In this document: piece after piece, positions 62,996 through 64,000 of the stretch
Layout: each line of letters opens with the position of its first letter
How positions within the stretch are numbered: the first letter of the stretch is position 1
Source: Syntrophales bacterium
GTDB taxonomy: Bacteria > Desulfobacterota > Syntrophia > Syntrophales > UBA2210
NCBI GenBank assembly: GCA_963662405.2
Contig: CAXXKT010000001.1
Coordinates: forward strand, 448,001 to 512,000
Reading direction: 5' to 3'
Length of the DNA stretch: 64,000 bases
Position numbers and translations under genes: made by a program
Notes under the pieces: model-generated
Database searches by the model: none
What the model was told of the DNA's origin: nothing
What the model saw: the letters and a program-made list of their open reading frames with translations, nothing else

Positions 62996-63047
62996 ACCAC
63001 ACTTTTTCCCCACTAGAATCGATACTCTATGTAATGCACCGACACCG

Positions 63048-64000
63048 TTATGTCAACACGTTCCCTTCGATGAGTTGCCTCCGCAGCATATCCAGAGCGA
63101 TCTGCGCCGATATCTCCTTGTTTCTCCTTCTGCCCCACCTGAACTGATAGCGGCGGCACGCGGTTCCCTCCTTGGTTGAGATGGCGACACAGACCGTTCC
63201 CACCGGTTTTGTCTCCGTTCCACCCGTCGGACCCGCGATCCCGGTCGTGGCAAGGCCGATATCCGTTCCACCGAGCCGCCGCACCCCTTCCGCCATGAGT
63301 GTGGCGGTCTCCTCACTCACGGCGCCGTGCGCTTCGATAATCGAAGCGGGAACACCCAGGAGATCGACTTTTGCGGTATTGCTGTAGACGACCACCCCCC
63401 GTTCCAGGAAAAGGGAACTCCCCGGCACGTCGGTGAGACGGTCGGTGATCAGTCCGCCGGTACACGACTCGGCAACCGCAAGGGTCAGACCGCGTTCGGT
63501 CAGGAGCGCCGCCACCACCCCTTCCATGGTGTCGTCGTCGTACCCGAATATATAGTTTCCGAGCCTGCCTGCAATCCGTTCCTCGGCGAGTTTCAGGTTC
63601 TCTTCCACGTCGCGTCCATCCGTGCCCCGGGAGGTGATCACCACGCGAATCTGGGGAAAGTGGGGATAGAATCCGATATCCACGCCGGGGATAGCGAGAT
63701 CCTCCTCCGCCAGTTCCTGGTCGATCCGCGACTCGCTCAGCCGGAATACCCTGACCGTCCGTCTCATGACCCGCTCCCCGGACCCAAACCGTTCTCTGAA
63801 GAGAGGGATCACCCCCTCGTCGAGCATCCGGCGCGCCTCGGCGGGGACACCCGGTATGACGGCGACCGTCCTGCCGTCTCTGTCCAGACAGAATCCGGGG
63901 GCGGTCCCCGCCGGATTATCGATGACACGGGCACCATCCGGAAAAAGGGCCTGTTTCGCGTTGTTTTCGGTCCACGGGATATTGTACCGGGCAAAGCGTT
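63048..64000 (-). CDS. cinA: CinA competence/damage-inducible protein (NMN deamidase domain); 5' part beyond the window
   Basis: NAKQA...GTAPG...PGVPAE read in frame from the window end; AESCTGG, HGAVS, TGIAGPTGG. Confidence 0.93.
   Translation of the reverse strand, partial: RFARYNIPWTENNAKQALFPDGARVIDNPAGTAPGFCLDRDGRTVAVIPGVPAEARRMLDEGVIPLFRERFGSGERVMRRTVRVFRLSESRIDQELAEEDLAIPGVDIGFYPHFPQIRVVITSRGTDGRDVEENLKLAEERIAGRLGNYIFGYDDDTMEGVVAALLTERGLTLAVAESCTGGLITDRLTDVPGSSLFLERGVVVYSNTAKVDLLGVPASIIEAHGAVSEETATLMAEGVRRLGGTDIGLATTGIAGPTGGTETKPVGTVCVAISTKEGTACRRYQFRWGRRRNKEISAQIALDMLRRQLIEGNVLT

Noticed and set aside
63809..63994. Apparent frameshift or separate ORF at the cinA 5' end
   Set aside because: Manual translation shows cinA continues in one frame to the window edge

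Overview
A 64 kb GC-rich bacterial window. Gene content and order resemble an anaerobic deltaproteobacterium (Desulfobacterota, Syntrophales-like; inference). It is probably a long-read assembly, because several essential genes carry single-base homopolymer frameshifts. Contents in order: pilD plus type IV minor pilins; argS-SPOR-ffh-rpsP-khpA-rimM-trmD-rplS-rnhB-yraN-rsmI; an FGGY kinase followed by a tatD/glcD deletion scar; a large DUF4347/IPTL-CTERM surface protein; patatin and aldehyde dehydrogenase; a TPP-riboswitch-controlled thiamine operon mixing archaeal-type (Thi4, ThiD-ThiN) and bacterial enzymes; ade, rne, yciO, murJ, hrpA; an accessory mosaic at about 43.1-51.6 kb (AbiE toxin-antitoxin, an AT-rich EEP nuclease plus partner, CoA transferase, IPTL-CTERM protein, YqhD-like dehydrogenase, dapA) punctuated by related GGGACA...TGTCCC palindromes; a LysM amidase; glpK-lipase-enoyl-CoA hydratase; and alaS-recX-recA-thpR-cinA. 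Best leads: (1) a Lys-codon leader peptide with terminator/antiterminator upstream of dapA, absent from the ORF track; (2) a candidate two-gene EEP defence module beside AbiE; (3) the REP-like palindromes bounding single-gene cassettes.
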